Source: Felis catus (Eukaryota). Taken from it: a DNA stretch of 64,000 bases. Under the pieces are notes generated by a model that worked only from the letters and a program-made list of their open reading frames with translations, was not told the origin of the DNA and did not search any database. This document shows, in pieces, positions 25,496-39,331 of this stretch (position 1 is the first letter of the stretch; each line of letters opens with the position of its first letter). The stretch lies in the NCBI RefSeq assembly GCF_018350175.1, contig NC_058368.1, positions 94,552,001-94,616,000 on the forward strand. Reading direction: 5' to 3'. The translations under genes were made by a program, and so were the position numbers.

Positions 25496-25550
25496 CCTCC
25501 TCTGCTCACGCTCTCTTGCTCACTCTCAAAAATAAAATAAACATTTAAAA
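25326..25550 (+). mobile_element. Can-SINE
   Basis: Full copy with a long (CT)n. Confidence 0.9.
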
Positions 25551-25884
25551 AGAGAGTGAGAGAGAGAAGTGGATGGTCCCAGGGTCGTCTGCTCCAGCAA
25601 AGTCTGTGATGCTAAGAATGGTTAGAAGTTAGGTGTGATTTGTTCATGGAACTCCCGGCAGAGAAAAGCATTGGTCAGGTGGTCTGGGGGGAGGCAGATA
25701 TGGGATTTTGGAGTGAGGGGTAAAAAAAGAAGCCAGGAGAGTGGATGGCTTTTGCAGGAAACCTGGCTTTGAAAGAAAGAAGGATGTAGAGAGAGAGCCA
25801 GAAAATCCCAGGATTAGGTTACCGGAGATGTATCAAACTAATGTGTTCTCTTTTGGTCCCAGTTCCTTCGTTTAGTGATTGGAC

Positions 25885-25977
25885 ATGAATGGACAATCAG
25901 AGAAGAGTGTCGCGCAAGAGGGACACACAGGTCAAAGCTCTCCTGAGAAAGACTGTCAGATCGGACAAAAGCAGCTG
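25885..25977 (+). CDS. ARL14EPL: ARL14 effector protein-like, coding exon 1 (MNGQSEKSVAQEGHTGQSSPEKDCQIGQKQL)
   Basis: ATG at 25885 is preceded by an acceptor (ccttcgtttAG, exon start 25876). The 93-nt coding part ends at a CTG|GTAAGG phase-0 donor. The peptide matches the recalled N-terminus of mammalian ARL14EPL and splices in frame to the next two exons. Confidence 0.93.
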
Positions 25978-26641
25978 GTAAGGCAAGGGATATTAGGGTT
26001 TCATGGTATTTGGAGAGGTCTCAGCTCGGGGATCTCGGAGGTGAGCCTGGTCTTGGGTGGAAGGTGGGTCCCGTCAGGATTTCACAGGAAGGTTCTCTGC
26101 TCCTCCATACAGGTGGGGCTTTTCCCCCATTTCTTTCTGCTCTCTGAGGGGCTGGTCTCACTTCACGTACCTCCTCTCTGCCACTCACCTCCTTTGATTT
26201 ACAACCCAGTGTTCTGTGCAATAAAATCCTGCCCCTTGGAGAAAAATATTTGCAGAGACTATAGTCCAGTGTTTTTATTTAACAAGCCCTAAGGGTTTTT
26301 TTGCCCCCTATTACCTGCTGGTCATGATTCTAAAACTTGGTAGATATTAATTCATCAAACTTGTATCACAGGGTACTACCGTGACCCCGTTTTGCAAAGG
26401 GAATCAGTGAGGCTTAGAGAGGTGGGAGCTTGTTCAGTGCACACCCCTGACAAGTGGCCAAGGTTTGAACTTGGTCTCGTGTCTGTGTTCTTACACTTTT
26501 GTCATGGAACTGACAATGACAGTAGACGATATGAAGTTGTCTTTATTTCACAGCCATACCTAAATACAGAATTGTTTCATACGGTCTAGTTTGTAAAACA
26601 AACCCATACACACACACCAAAATGAAAATTTAAAGAAACAT

Positions 26642-26762
26642 GGGGCACCTGGGTGGCTCAGTGGGTTAAGCATCCAACTTTGGCTCAGGTCATGACCTCG
26701 TGGTTTGTGTATTCAAGCCCTGTGGCAGGCTGTGCACTTACCATGTTGTGTCTGCTTGGGAT

Positions 26763-26798
<36 letters not shown>

Positions 26799-26905
26799 TC
26801 CCTTTCCCTCTCCCTCTCCCTCTCCTTCTCCCTCTCTCTCTGCTCTTCCCCTGCTTGTGCTCTCTCCTTTCTCTCAAACGAGTAAATAAATAAACTTAAA
26901 AAATA
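26642..26905 (+). mobile_element. Can-SINE in the intron after ARL14EPL coding exon 1
   Basis: Full copy with a (CT)n/(CTCCCT)n linker. Confidence 0.9.
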
Positions 26906-27868
26906 ACCCAGAAAATTTAAAGGAACATATTTATATTATTTTAGACAAACTGGACTATTATTATAAGCTAAATCAACTGCAGACAAGGCTGAAGTTGTTA
27001 CTGACTTGTTACGTTGAAATTCACACTTTGAAAGTTTCCCTTTTGTTTCCAGGTGTGGTATTTCATCTCTGTATGACAGCCTGTGTGTTTTGGGGCCAAT
27101 GAGATTATATTCTTCTGAAATCCTTCAGAAGAGCATTCCCTTCCCTGGTGACCTATGTGCCACATTTTTGAAATAAGGTGTCAGGATTTATCGAAGAAGC
27201 ATCTTTGTTCCTTGTCTTTCTCAATTGGGCTCCATTTCTTTTCCATCTGTAAGTGTCCCCAGATGGAGTCTTTTGAAAATATCCACTAACACTCTAGAAA
27301 GCCATGCGAGGAAGATTTTCTTCCTCAAATCTGGCTCTTACTGAGAGTGGACCCTTCAGGTGGGTGCACACTGCCTCGAAGTGATCCAACAACATGATTG
27401 TTGTGAAACATATTCCAGAACACAGAGATGGGGGGATGGGGCTGTGTGCACTTTGGGGTCCCATTGTGGTTTGAGACCCTTCACCTTGAGTTTCTGCAGC
27501 CAAGAGTTGCAGAAGGGCTCTCTTCCCTTTTTCTTTCCCTCCATAAAATGCTAATTCTGACTTTCATCCCCATCAGATTTGAGAAGCCAACTGGTATTTT
27601 CCAGGTGTAAGAGGAATTCTGTTCCTGCTGGGTTGTTTTCTGTGGTTTTCCCTTTTTAATTATATGAGTTTTTTACTGTGGATTTCTTCATTCAGAAAGA
27701 ATGACCTAACGTGAGGAAATTTACACGTGAGGATATTTACATCATCTTTAGAGACTTAATCAAATAAAACTGTTTCTTTCTCTGGGTAAAACATCTGTGC
27801 TTTCATGATATTATGGCAGAAGTTTATTTTGATACAACATAAAACAACTCTCAAATTCTTACTACTAA

Positions 27869-28030
<162 letters not shown>

Positions 28031-28291
28031 TAAGATCATGATTTATTGTATTTGATTTGCGGGATTGTAACATGCCCAAATTCTCCTGGACAAAGCAAAG
28101 ATTGCCTCTTCTTTATGTTTTAAAAATATCTTTTCTCAAGTGCAGTATTGCCCCCATGTATTTGGAAGTTAGCAACTTCAAGAAATAGACAATAATCCCA
28201 GACTAGTAATCCGTTTTTTAAAGGTACCAGAAACCCTTGGATTAGAGTAATAGCTTTAGTAAGAAAGATGATTGAAAGTAAGAAAGATGTA

Positions 28292-28974
28292 GGGTCCAGC
28301 TTTGGCTCAGGTCATGGTCTCACGGTTGGGGGGTTCAAGCCCCACGTCAGGCCTTGTGCTGATGGCTCGGAGCCTGGAGCCTGCTTTGGATTCTGTGTCT
28401 CCCTCTCCCTCTCTCTCAAAAATAAACATTAAACATTTTTTGAAAACTTAAAAATTTATGCCCATTAAAATACGCCTTAAAAATAGTGAAAGACAAACCA
28501 CAGGATAGGAGAAGTTATTTATAATTTGGAAGGTCAGTATCCAGAGTTTAGATAAGTCAATAAGAAAAAGATAAACATCTAAAGAGAGAAATGAACCAAA
28601 CAATGAAGAAAAGGCTAATGAACATTCAGGATACAGAAGCTCATCAGTACAGCAGAGAGGTTCCAGAGAGAGGCAGCATTTAGTCTGACAATACCAATGT
28701 TGATGAATTTTGTTTTTTTATGTTAAATCTTTTTTAACATTTATTTATGTTTGAGAGAGAGAGCACGAGTGCGGGAGGGACAGAGAGAGAAGGAAACACG
28801 AATCCTAAGGAGGCTCTAGGCTCTGAGTGCCGGGCTCGAACCCACAAACCGTGAAATCATGACCTGAGCTGAAGTCGGACACTTAACCAACTGAGCCACC
28901 CAGGGCCCCTTAATTTTTTTTAATGTTTATTTATTTTTGAGAGAGAGAGAGAGACAGAGAGTGATCGGGGAAGG

Positions 28975-29015
<41 letters not shown>

Positions 29016-31175
29016 AATCTGAAGCAGGTTCCAGACTCTGAGCTGTCAGCATGGAGCCCAACATGGGGGTCAAACTCACGAGCCACGAGATCAGGACCAG
29101 AGCTGAAGTTGGACACCGAAGTGACTGAGCCACCCAGGCACCCCAGATGCCCAATGTGGGGCTTGAAGTCATGACCCCAAGATCAAGAATTGCATACTGT
29201 ACCGACTGAGCCAACTCAAGACCCCAAGGGATTGTTATTACTTAAAGCTGTGGTTCCTCTTGGAGGGCGGGGTTGAGGGATGCTGTGGGCGGGTCATGGA
29301 GAGGACCTCAGTGCCATAATACCCTTTTATCAAGCTGGGCAGTGGGCAAGTGGAGATTTGGTTTATTCTTCTTCTTTACCTTTGCATTTATGTTTTGCAC
29401 ACTTTATTTTTTAAGTTCATTTATTTATTTAAAAGTAATCCCATTGGGCGCCTGGGTGGCTCAGTCAGTTAAGCATCCGAGTCTTGATTTTAGCTCAGGT
29501 CATGATCTCACGGTTCGTGGAATCAAGCCCCACATCAGACTCTGTGCTGAGTGTGGAGCCTTCTTGAGATTCTCTTTCTCCCTGTGTCTCTCTGTCCTGC
29601 CCTGGCTCACGCATGTGCTCGCATGCTCTCTCTCAAAAAATAAATATATAAACATTTAAAATAATCTTTGCCACCCAACACGGGGCTCAAACTCATGACC
29701 CCAAGATCAAGACCTCTTCTAACTGAGCCAGCCTGGCACCCCTGTTTTGCATACTTTTGTATGTCTGATATTTGAGAGTTTTATAAAAGAAAGCATCAGA
29801 TGGACAGGAAACTATAAAATCTGTGTGTTGGTATCAGAGTTAAGGCAAAGGAATATTTTTGGGTTAAGGCAAGGTGACAAGGACAAGATCTGGTATGTGC
29901 TCTCTGGTGGCTTCATGACCACGGTTTCCATATTGGATTTTTTTTTATTAATTTATTTTTTAATGTTTAGTTTTGAAAGAGAGAGAGAGAGACCATGGGT
30001 AGGGGAGGGGCAAAGAGGGAAGGGAGACACAGAATCTGAAGCAGGCTCCAGGCTCTGAGCTATTAGCACAGAGCTCAATATGGGACTCGAACCCACGGAC
30101 TGTGAGATTATGACCTGAGCCAAAGTCAGACTTTTAACTGACTGAGCCACCCAGGCGCCCCCATATTAGATTTTAAATCTCCTGGTCTGCTGGCACCTGG
30201 ATTTCCTGGTGGACATGGGAGGGGGTGGTCTGTGCATCCCACAGACAAAGTGCTTCAGATGTAAATCCTCTTTGGAAGGTATTCCCGATAAAGTGAGAAA
30301 ATCGGGCAGCAAGTTTCCATAGTAATCCCCAGCCTCCCCTGCTTTGTTAGGAGAGGGAGGAAGAAGGAATAGCGTTACTCAGCTGAACCGGAAGAGAGGA
30401 GATTCTGTGCCTGTTTGAGGATAAAGGGAGCAGAAAAGTGGACAGTCTCACCACACCAGCTTAGGGCCAGCCCTTGTTAATTTTTTACTTCCAATTGTTA
30501 ATAAGGGATACAAGCTATATAGAGGCACTTTTGTCACACGGAGGCTTTCATGCGGCTCACTTTTGAAGGGTTTATTTCAGAAGGGCTCTGTTTGGAGAGG
30601 GTGGCAGAATTCTTGTGGAAGCTTTTGCCTCCTGGACGTGTTGCGGGAGCTGACAGAGAAAGTGTGGGCACTTAGAGCCGGGTGTGGGCTCCGCTGCTCG
30701 CCTCGGGTACAGAACGAATTGCCTTCACTTAGCTCACGACGGATCCTACCACCTTGATCACCTGCTCTCTCTCCTTCCACTGGGTAAGAAACAAAATCAG
30801 AAAGGAAGGGAAGCAAGGGTACCTGGAGACTGTTAGGTAGCAAAGGACTGTTAGTGCACGTGTGTGTCTTTCTTCTTAATGATGATGGCGTAGTAATGCA
30901 CAGTTCTAATATTTATCTCGAGTTATTAAAAATATAACTGTATTCACTGTAGTGCTTTAAAAAAAAGTTTATATATTTTGACAGAGAGTGCGTGTGCATG
31001 CGCATGTGGGAGAGGGGCAGGCAGAGAGAGGGGGAGAGAGAGAGAGAATCCCAAGCAGGCTCTACGCTGTGAACCCAGAGCCCGACGCGGGGCTCGAACT
31101 CACCAACTGTGAGATCATGGCCTGAGCAGAAACCAAGAGTCAGATGCTCAACCGACTGAGCCACCCAGGTGCCCC
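28292..31175. mobile_element. About 8 Can-SINEs of both orientations in the last ARL14EPL intron
   Basis: +28292, -28725, -28913, -29145, +29446, -29670, -29940, -30960. Confidence 0.85.
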
Positions 31176-31186
31176 TCCCTCTAGTG

Positions 31187-31217
<31 letters not shown>

Positions 31218-31536
31218 TATAGAAAGAAAAAAAGAGTGCAATTTTTCAGGGAAAACTTCATCAAGGATGATTACAGTTTTGAAGAAAAATTGGGGGCATT
31301 CGTAGGAAGAAGCTTTTATTCAGCTGTTCTTTCTCGTTTGCTTTGGTGGAATATTCTGTTCCCCGGCATGCTGGGAAAACGAAGCGACTAGCCTGGCCGT
31401 GTTGGGAATCCGTGGCATGTTGGCTGAATTTCCCCAAACACCGCTGCCATATCACATTCTGGAGCATGGCTGGGTAATCTTGAGGATGACATTTGCTCAG
31501 AATAGACGGGCTGTATTTTTGAAGTGAGCTGCATAA

Positions 31537-31812
<276 letters not shown>

Positions 31813-32301
31813 GAGCTGTTCCCTGGGAACAGCTTTGTTTCTTCTTTCTGTTTCTTCTAGACAGTGAAGCCAACCTCTTTCTCGTGGGTTTTAGGGCTTG
31901 GGGGAAATGCTGGGAGAAGATGCTGAAGGTTCATGTTCTCTGAAACTGTAGAACAATGTAGAATGGGTAGTCGCTCCAATGCCTTCACTTGTGACCAAAG
32001 GGTGACAGTGCATGGTCTCAGCATCGCCTCGCCCGAACATCTCCGTCTCTGCCCTCAAGTCAAAAATGTCTTTCGTCTTTACTGGTACCTGAGAAGATGT
32101 AGTTTTAAGATGTTCAGAACTCTGTAGCTGAGAGCTCTCCTTACAGAGAACATACAATCATAAGTTTGTAAGAGCTAGCTATCCTTCCAACCTTACACAC
32201 AAGTTCCAAGTCCGACTCGCTTCTTGAATTAAAAATACACCCCCACACCCTGTGACTTTGCACTGTATTGTCTTGTTTTTTATTGTTAATATGTTGATAA
32301 C

Positions 32302-32313
32302 ATTAAAATTAAA
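32302..32313 (+). terminator. Candidate ARL14EPL polyadenylation signal (tandem ATTAAA ATTAAA)
   Basis: Two adjacent ATTAAA hexamers about 490 nt after the stop, followed by T-rich sequence. No transcript evidence. Confidence 0.45.
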
Positions 32314-32356
32314 TTTGGTAATACCTGGCAGTATTTTTATGAAAAATTTGTATTTT

Positions 32357-32574
32357 TTTTAAATTTTTTTTTTCAACGTTTATTTATTTTTGGGACAGAG
32401 AGACAGAGCATGAACAGGCGAGGGGCAGAGAGAGAGGGAGACACAGAATCGGAAACAGGCTCCAGGCTCTGAGCCATCAGCCCAGAGCCCGACGCGGGGC
32501 TCGAACTGCCGGACCGCGAGATCGTGACCTGGCTGATGTCGGACGCTTAACCGACTGCGCCACCCAGGCGCCCC
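32357..32574 (-). mobile_element. Young SINEC_Fc with intact TSD
   Basis: TSD tgaaaaatttgtatttt at 32340-32356 and 32575-32591. Confidence 0.95.
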
Positions 32575-33087
32575 TGAAAAATTTGTATTTTATTTGCAAA
32601 ATTGAGAAATTAGGATGACAGTATCCTACACGCCAGTGGTTGACTTTTTCTTTGCAATTCAGGATCAGTATTTCAAGATTATTCAAAAGGAGGAAACAAG
32701 TTATGTAAAAGTGTGTTGTTGTAGGTTAGTTGACTAGGTAGATGGTGTGATTTTTTTCAATTCTGATACATTGTAGAAGGTTATACAGACCTTTGAGCTG
32801 AGCCTTCTTTGGATTTGCTTTTATTTTTTTAATTAATTCCTTTTTATTTGGGAGAAAGAGCATGGGTGGGGGAGGGGCAGAGGGAAAAAGAGGAAGAGAG
32901 AGAATCTCAAGCAGGTTCCAAGCTCAGCATGGAGCCCAAGGCGGGGCTCCATCCCGTGAACCATGAGATCATGACCTGAACTGAAATCAAGAGTCAGATG
33001 CTTAACTGACCGAGCCACCCAGGCGCCCCTGGGTCTGCTTTTGTAACAGAATCCTCTGCTTTTGTAACAGAATCCTGTTTACCCTAA

Positions 33088-33252
33088 GTCAGGGGTCTCA
33101 TACTTCAGAGTGCAACAGAACCACCTGGAAGACATTTACATCATTGATTTTGCTGTCCCCCACCAAGAGTTTTGGATGCCTTAGGTCTGGGGCCAAGAAT
33201 TCGCATTTCCAAGGTGATGCTGCTGGTGTGTGCATTTCACCTGCAGAACCAT
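33088..33252. mobile_element. MER5A-like hAT MITE
   Basis: cagaaccacctgg...taggtctggggccaagaattcgcatttc...ggtgatgctgctgg motif order. Confidence 0.55.
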
Positions 33253-34389
33253 TAATTCAAGTTATATGAACTATATAATATATGGAAGCCTTTAAATAGA
33301 GGAATGTATAATTTTTTTTAAAAAAGATTTAGTATCGGGCGCCTGGGTGGCTCAGTCGGTTGTGTCCAACTTCAGCTCAGGTCATGATCTCGCGGTCTGT
33401 GAGTTTGAGCCCCACATCGGGCTCTGTGCTGACAGCTCGGAGCCTGGAGCCTGCTTCAGATTCTGTGTCTCCCTCTCTCTCTGCCCCTCTCCCACTTCCA
33501 CTCTGTCTCTATCTCTCAAAAATAAATAAATGTAAAAAAAATTAGTATTTGATTTTAGAATAAACTTGAAATGTTATAAACAAGAGTTTTCAGGGTTTAT
33601 TTTTCCTTCTTTATCAGTGTCCCAAGCATATGTGCCAGGGAAGGTTCCTAATGATTCTCAACTTGTTACTTGACAGTATGTTTTGGGACTAAATTAACAA
33701 AAATCCTAAAAGTTATGCTATGACTATGGTATTCCTGTGTACATGGCCTGAGAACTTACTCTGTTTTCCACATAATTTCCTGGGTTTTCCAGATTCAACT
33801 CCCTTTTACTGAGCCTCTACTTAACATTTGTGAGCCACACGTGATGCTAAGTGCATCCACTTCATCACCTTGAACCGTCACCATCCTGTGAAGAAGGCGT
33901 GAAACCCAGTGACCCAGGTCTGATCCTTTGAAAGGCTCACCAGCCACCTGCCAGTCAAAGGAGTGGGGGGAGCTGTTTTGTCTGTTTGTTTATATTTTGT
34001 TTTGTTTTGAGAATATTGTTTTGCAAATGGCTGACCAAATGGATTATTTTATTATTGATTTTAGAATCATATGGTTTTAAATTTGAAAAGGAATCTTCTA
34101 TGTTGTCGAGCTAGTGAATTGGTCAACAAATAATAACCAAGAGGTCGTCCTGTGCTGGGGAACTGGGCTAGGCAGAGATCCAGCTGTGAGCATAGTCCAG
34201 TGGGTTCCTGTCTTCAAGGGGATTTTGGACTAAAACCTGTCTTGGTGTTGTTTGATTTTTACAAGCGAGGAAATTTAGCCCCAATGAGATCAAATGACTC
34301 AGTTAAGGACACACAGAAGACCTGGCCACTCTTGGTATTTTTGAACCCCAGTAGTAAGTCAGTCTTCTTTCCATGAAACCAAGCATTTC

Positions 34390-34565
34390 CCTGGTTTGCC
34401 TGATCATGAAATTCCTTCAAATGCTTTTAATAATACTCATTCTGATCCCTACCCTAAACCTCAGGAATCAGAGCCTCCAAGGAGGGGGCCTGGAAATCCA
34501 TACTTTTTTTTTCCTCCAGCACCCCAGGTAAGTCTTAATGATCAAGTAAGTTTGAGAAACACTGC
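34390..34565. mobile_element. MER5B-like hAT MITE
   Basis: gaatcagagcctccaaggagggggcctggaaatc...ccccaggtaagtcttaatgatc...tttgagaaacactg. Confidence 0.5.
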
Positions 34566-37500
34566 CGTATTGCTAGCTGTCCTATTTTCATGTTAATAAA
34601 TAAATAAATAAATAAGGCAGGGAAGCTGGGTAGTTCAGTTGGTTAAGCATCTTACTTTGGCTCATGTCATGATCTCACGGTTTGTGGGTTCGAGCCCTGC
34701 TTTGGGCTCTCTGCTGTCAGCTCAGAGCCTGCTTCAGATCCTCTGTCCCTCTCTCTCCCTATGCCTGCCTCGCTGTCTCTCTCTTTCTCCCCCAAAAATA
34801 AACATTAAAAATAAAATAAGGCAAATTAACCTTAAAGTGTCTTTACCTTTGGTCTCTTCTTATCATTGAGTCTTAAACATTAGATGAGATCATCTGATTT
34901 AACTGGTTTGGGGGTGCCTGGGTGGCTCAGTCAGTTGAGCATCCGATTTCTGCTCAGGTCATGATCTGATGGCTCCTGAGTTCGAGCCCCGCATCGGGCT
35001 CTGTGCTGACAACTCAGAGCCTGGAGCCTGCTTCAGATTCTGTGTTTCCCTCTGTCTCTCTCTGCCATTCGCTGCCTTGTGCTCTGTCTGTCTGTCTCTC
35101 TCTCAAAAATAAATAAGCATTAAACAAAATTTTTTTAATTAAAATAAAAAGTGTGTTGGTAAACCATGTCGGTAAGTTCTCCAAGTAAAGCAAAAAATAA
35201 AATAAAGTAAAAAAATTGAATGGTTACTAAGCAGACACCTCCTACTGCTTTTATGGAAACCTAGCAAAACATTTGATGAAGTGCTTTTTTAGGAACCACA
35301 TTATTTCATCTTGATCTAATGCCATTTCTATGCATTTTTTAAAAGGCTCCTGCACTAAATGATTATGGCAAAAATAAATCTAGGGGAATTGTCAGAAATT
35401 TATTTTGCAAGTGTCTAATTTTTATCACAAAATGAACAAAGCTCTTTAGTGATCTGAACTAAATTCAGATTAGCCAAGGAATGTAGCTGTCCCGTCTGAT
35501 GACACGAACCAAGGAAATTGTCTTGTCATTGTAACAGGATTTTCCTCTTTCTTGCTTGGCTATCTTTCAATCCTGGCATATGTCTTCATGAATATGTATA
35601 GAAGTTGTAGATATCACAGATTGTTCTTCCATAATGCCTCTGAAACTGAAACGTATGAGTGGGTCTGCGGTGCTTGGTCATAGAGGTTATTTGCCGCATG
35701 TGCCCAGGGGATTCCTTTCCCATAGTCTACACTGCCAACCACACCTCCTACAGTTAGTTGTTCAGCAAAGTGGCCCTGTAGGCAGGTGCCATTGGATATG
35801 TGGATTTCTCTATCTCTCTTTTTTAAGTTTATTTTGAGAGAGAGACAGAGAGAGAGAGCGCCTGCAGGGGAAGGGCAGAGAGACGGGGACAGAGGATCTG
35901 AAGCAGGCTCTGTACTGTCAGCACAGAGCCCTATGTGGGGCTCAAACTCACAAACTTATGAGATTATGACCTGAGCAGAAGTTGGACACTTAACTGGTTG
36001 AGCCATCCAGGCACCCCTGATGTGTGGATTTCTTGATTGCTTGCATTTATTGACACTTTTAATATGTGCCAGGCATTGAGTGCCTTAGCTTACCCTGTAG
36101 ATAAAATCCTTTTATCTTATTTCTTTTCCTTCCTTCTTCCCGGTGTCTACACCAGCAGAAGTCAGTTTTCAGGAGCATTCAGGAGAGTGGCCCATATTTA
36201 TGATCCAGGCTAAGCAGTTTTACTCTGTGTTTCTTTTTCAGAATCTCTATATTTTAATCCTGTATTTGGAATATTCTTTTTCCAATTGACAGATTTCCTA
36301 AAATTCTGCCTATTTCTATGGTACTTTTCCTTCATCCTATAGAAGGCAATGGGCTTATCATCACTAGTCATGCCTAACAAACAGTTCATTTTGTGTTTAC
36401 AGTTTGTAGTTTTAGCTGTTTTACACTTTATATGATTATGTTCTTGGTTTTTTTTTAATGTTTATTTATTTTTAAGAGAGAGACAGAGCACGAGCAGGGA
36501 AGGGAAGAGAGAGGGGGACACAGGATCTGAAGCAGGCTCCAGGCTCTGAGCTGTCAGCACAGAGCCCGATGCAGGGGTCAAACCCATGAACCGTGAGATT
36601 ATGACCTGAGCTGAAGTAGAACACCCAACTGACCTAACCACCCAGGCACCCGTCTGTGTTCTTTTTAAATTCGCCAGTGTTTAGGTCATATGTAATAAAT
36701 TCAAAGAGATCAAGGACTGGGTTTAAATGGTTTTCTTCAATAGTGCTTTCAACAGCCCTTCATGCTTAATAGATCCATTCATTCATTCATTTATTTATTT
36801 GTTCATTCACCAAGCACCTCTTACTTGCCAGACACTTTATTAGGTACTAGGGATATGAGGTGTAAGAAAGAAAGAAGAAACCCCAGGCTATCTGAAGTAA
36901 AAAGGAACCCCCCACCCACTATCATTCCTCTTGTCTGAGGCCCCTATCCACCTGCCTGCTTATCTCCTGCTTTCAGAGACATCTTATGTTTGTTGTATAT
37001 GTAATGTCCAGCTGTACTTAGAGGAATAGAAAAAGTGCATACACCCCAACTTCCTATAAGCAGAAGTTCCTTGTTTTATTTATTTATTTTTTATTTAAAA
37101 AATTTTTTTTTCAACGTTTTTTATTTATTTTTGGGACAGAGAGAGACAGAGCATGAACAGGGAGGGGCCGAGAGAGAGAGAGACACAGAATCGGAAACAG
37201 GCTCCAGGCTCCGAGCCATCAGCCCAGACGCAGGGCTCGAACTCCCGGACCGCGAGATCGTGACCTGGCTGAAGTCGGACGCTTAACCGACTGCGCCACC
37301 CAAGCACCCCAACCTTGTTTGGGTTTTGATATCAAGGTAATACTGGCTTCACATAAGAAGTGGGAACTCCTTGGAACACCTGGGTGGCTCAGTCGGTTAA
37401 CTGTCCCACTTCGGCTCAGGTCATGATCTCACAGTTCGTGGGTTTGTGTCCCACATTGGGCTCTGTGCTGACAGCTCAGAGCCTGGAGCCTGCTTCAGAT

Positions 37501-39081
37501 TCTGTGTCTCCCTCTCTCTCTGTCCCTCCCCTACTCAAGCTCTGTCTCTCTTTGTCTCTCAAAAATAAATAAACATTGAAAAAAAAAAAAAAGAAGTGGG
37601 AACTCCTTTCTTCTATGGAAGGCTTTGTTTCAGATAACATTTTTCTTCCTCAAATACTTGCTGGAACTTGGCAGTAAAGCCATTTGGGCCTCAAGGTTTG
37701 TTTTTTAACCCATTTTATTTAAATTTTCAACTTTGTGAACATTACGTCACACAAAATAAACTCATCATTTTACCTATAAAATATTTTCCGTTAATTTTAA
37801 CTGTAAACTACGAAAAGGAGAGTACAAACCAGTATCCTTTTAATAAATTCCTTTCCCCTCTTAAATTAGCCCGAATTGGGTTCTGTTGTTTATAAACCAA
37901 ACACCCTAACTAGTGTAGGTACCACCCAGAAAATGGAGAGACATTTATAACTGCAGCAAATTCCTTTCCAACAAACTTTTTTTTGAGAATCGTGCTCCTT
38001 TTCTTTTTTAAGGTATACCTAAGGCCTGATTTAAGAGGTCTGAGTTAGAGGCTCTCCAGGTTCTTTTCAACACATCTGTTTCCAGTATGAACCGGTATGC
38101 TCCTGCAATGGCAATTGAAAACGTGTTGTTATACAACTCACAGAATGTGTCAGCTGAAATAGAATACAAATTACCTACTTTTCAGGAGTTATTGCAAGCA
38201 AGTCCCAGAGACAGAAGAGAGAAAGAGGAAGGAAAGAGGGTGGGGGAATGCTTCTCTTTAGAACTGCTTGAGATTCAGAATCTCCTTCCAGCTTTAAAAT
38301 TTTCTATAGAGCACTTGGCAGCAGAGTACCATTAAATTATATGATTTCTATGATTTTTGCATATATTTTTGGAAAATGAGGCTCATTTGCATTTTGCAGT
38401 TTTTAATAACCCATTTTCCTAAAAGGTTTGCAGAGAAGAAAAAAAAATTACATGTATGGTTTTGGCTCCCTCTGCTGGCCATTCTTGGGCACTTTAAGTC
38501 TACACAAGAGACTCCATCACCGAAATAGATTTGGGATTCTTTTCCCCTGAAAGTTCAATTCAACATTTAGTTTAACATCTCCAAATTTATGACAGCTCTT
38601 TAGGTTTGGTAAATATATTTTTATTTTGCTACTCTTTTTTCTTTTTGCTTCAGAACTATCCCTGAAAACAGGAGGCATTTAGCAGAAAAATAGTTTAGAA
38701 AATATTTCAGATAAAATGCATAACTCACGTGTCTCTCAAACTGTCGGTGGTGAAGGTACCCAGTGGACTGATATGTGTTTTGTTTTGTTTTTTTAAGTTT
38801 CTTCATTGTTTTTCCACGATCAGCATGTAGGCATGTTTACGACAGTTGGGGTTTTGCAACTACAAGGAGCTGGGGCTAATTGAAGCCAAAAAAGGGTCCA
38901 TCCCATGTAAGAAAATGTACAAGAGCTGGCCTTGGGAAGAGCAGATGCCCAGGCAGCTCTGTGGGGCTGGGTAGCATTGTCCTCCAGGACCAATTGCCAG
39001 GTGAGCTGGGGGAGAGGCAGGTTGTTAGGTGTCCCAGTAGCTAATTAATGCAACAAACAAGCCAAAGAGGAAGACGTAAGG

Positions 39082-39331
39082 TTTTTTTTTTAATTTTTTT
39101 TTTAATGTTTATTTCTGAGACAGAGAGAGACAGAGCATGAGTGGGGGAGGGACAGAGAGAGAGGGAGACACAGAATCAGAAGCAGTCTCCAGGCTCTGAG
39201 CCATCAGCACAGAGCTCGATGCGGGGCTTGAGCTCAGGAATGGCGAGATCATGACCTTGAGCTCAGGAACCTGGAGATCATGACCTGAGCCTAAGTCCGA
39301 TGCTCAACCGACTGAGCCACCCAGGCACCCC
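39082..39331 (-). mobile_element. Can-SINE with an internal duplication of about 30 bp
   Basis: TSD ggaagacgtaag; cttgagctcaggaa...gagatcatgacct occurs twice. Confidence 0.92.

Larger units (their letters stand above)
32820..37595. mobile_element. About 8 Can-SINEs interspersed with old antisense L1 fragments
   Basis: -32820, +33337, +34619, +34910, -35820, -36447, -37075, +37373; L1-like ttttgatatcaaggtaatactggcttcac near 37325. Confidence 0.8.

Noticed and set aside
25879..26292. 137-aa ORF in the track
   Set aside because: Only codons 25885-25977 are ARL14EPL; the rest is read-through past a strong GTAAGG donor into intron.
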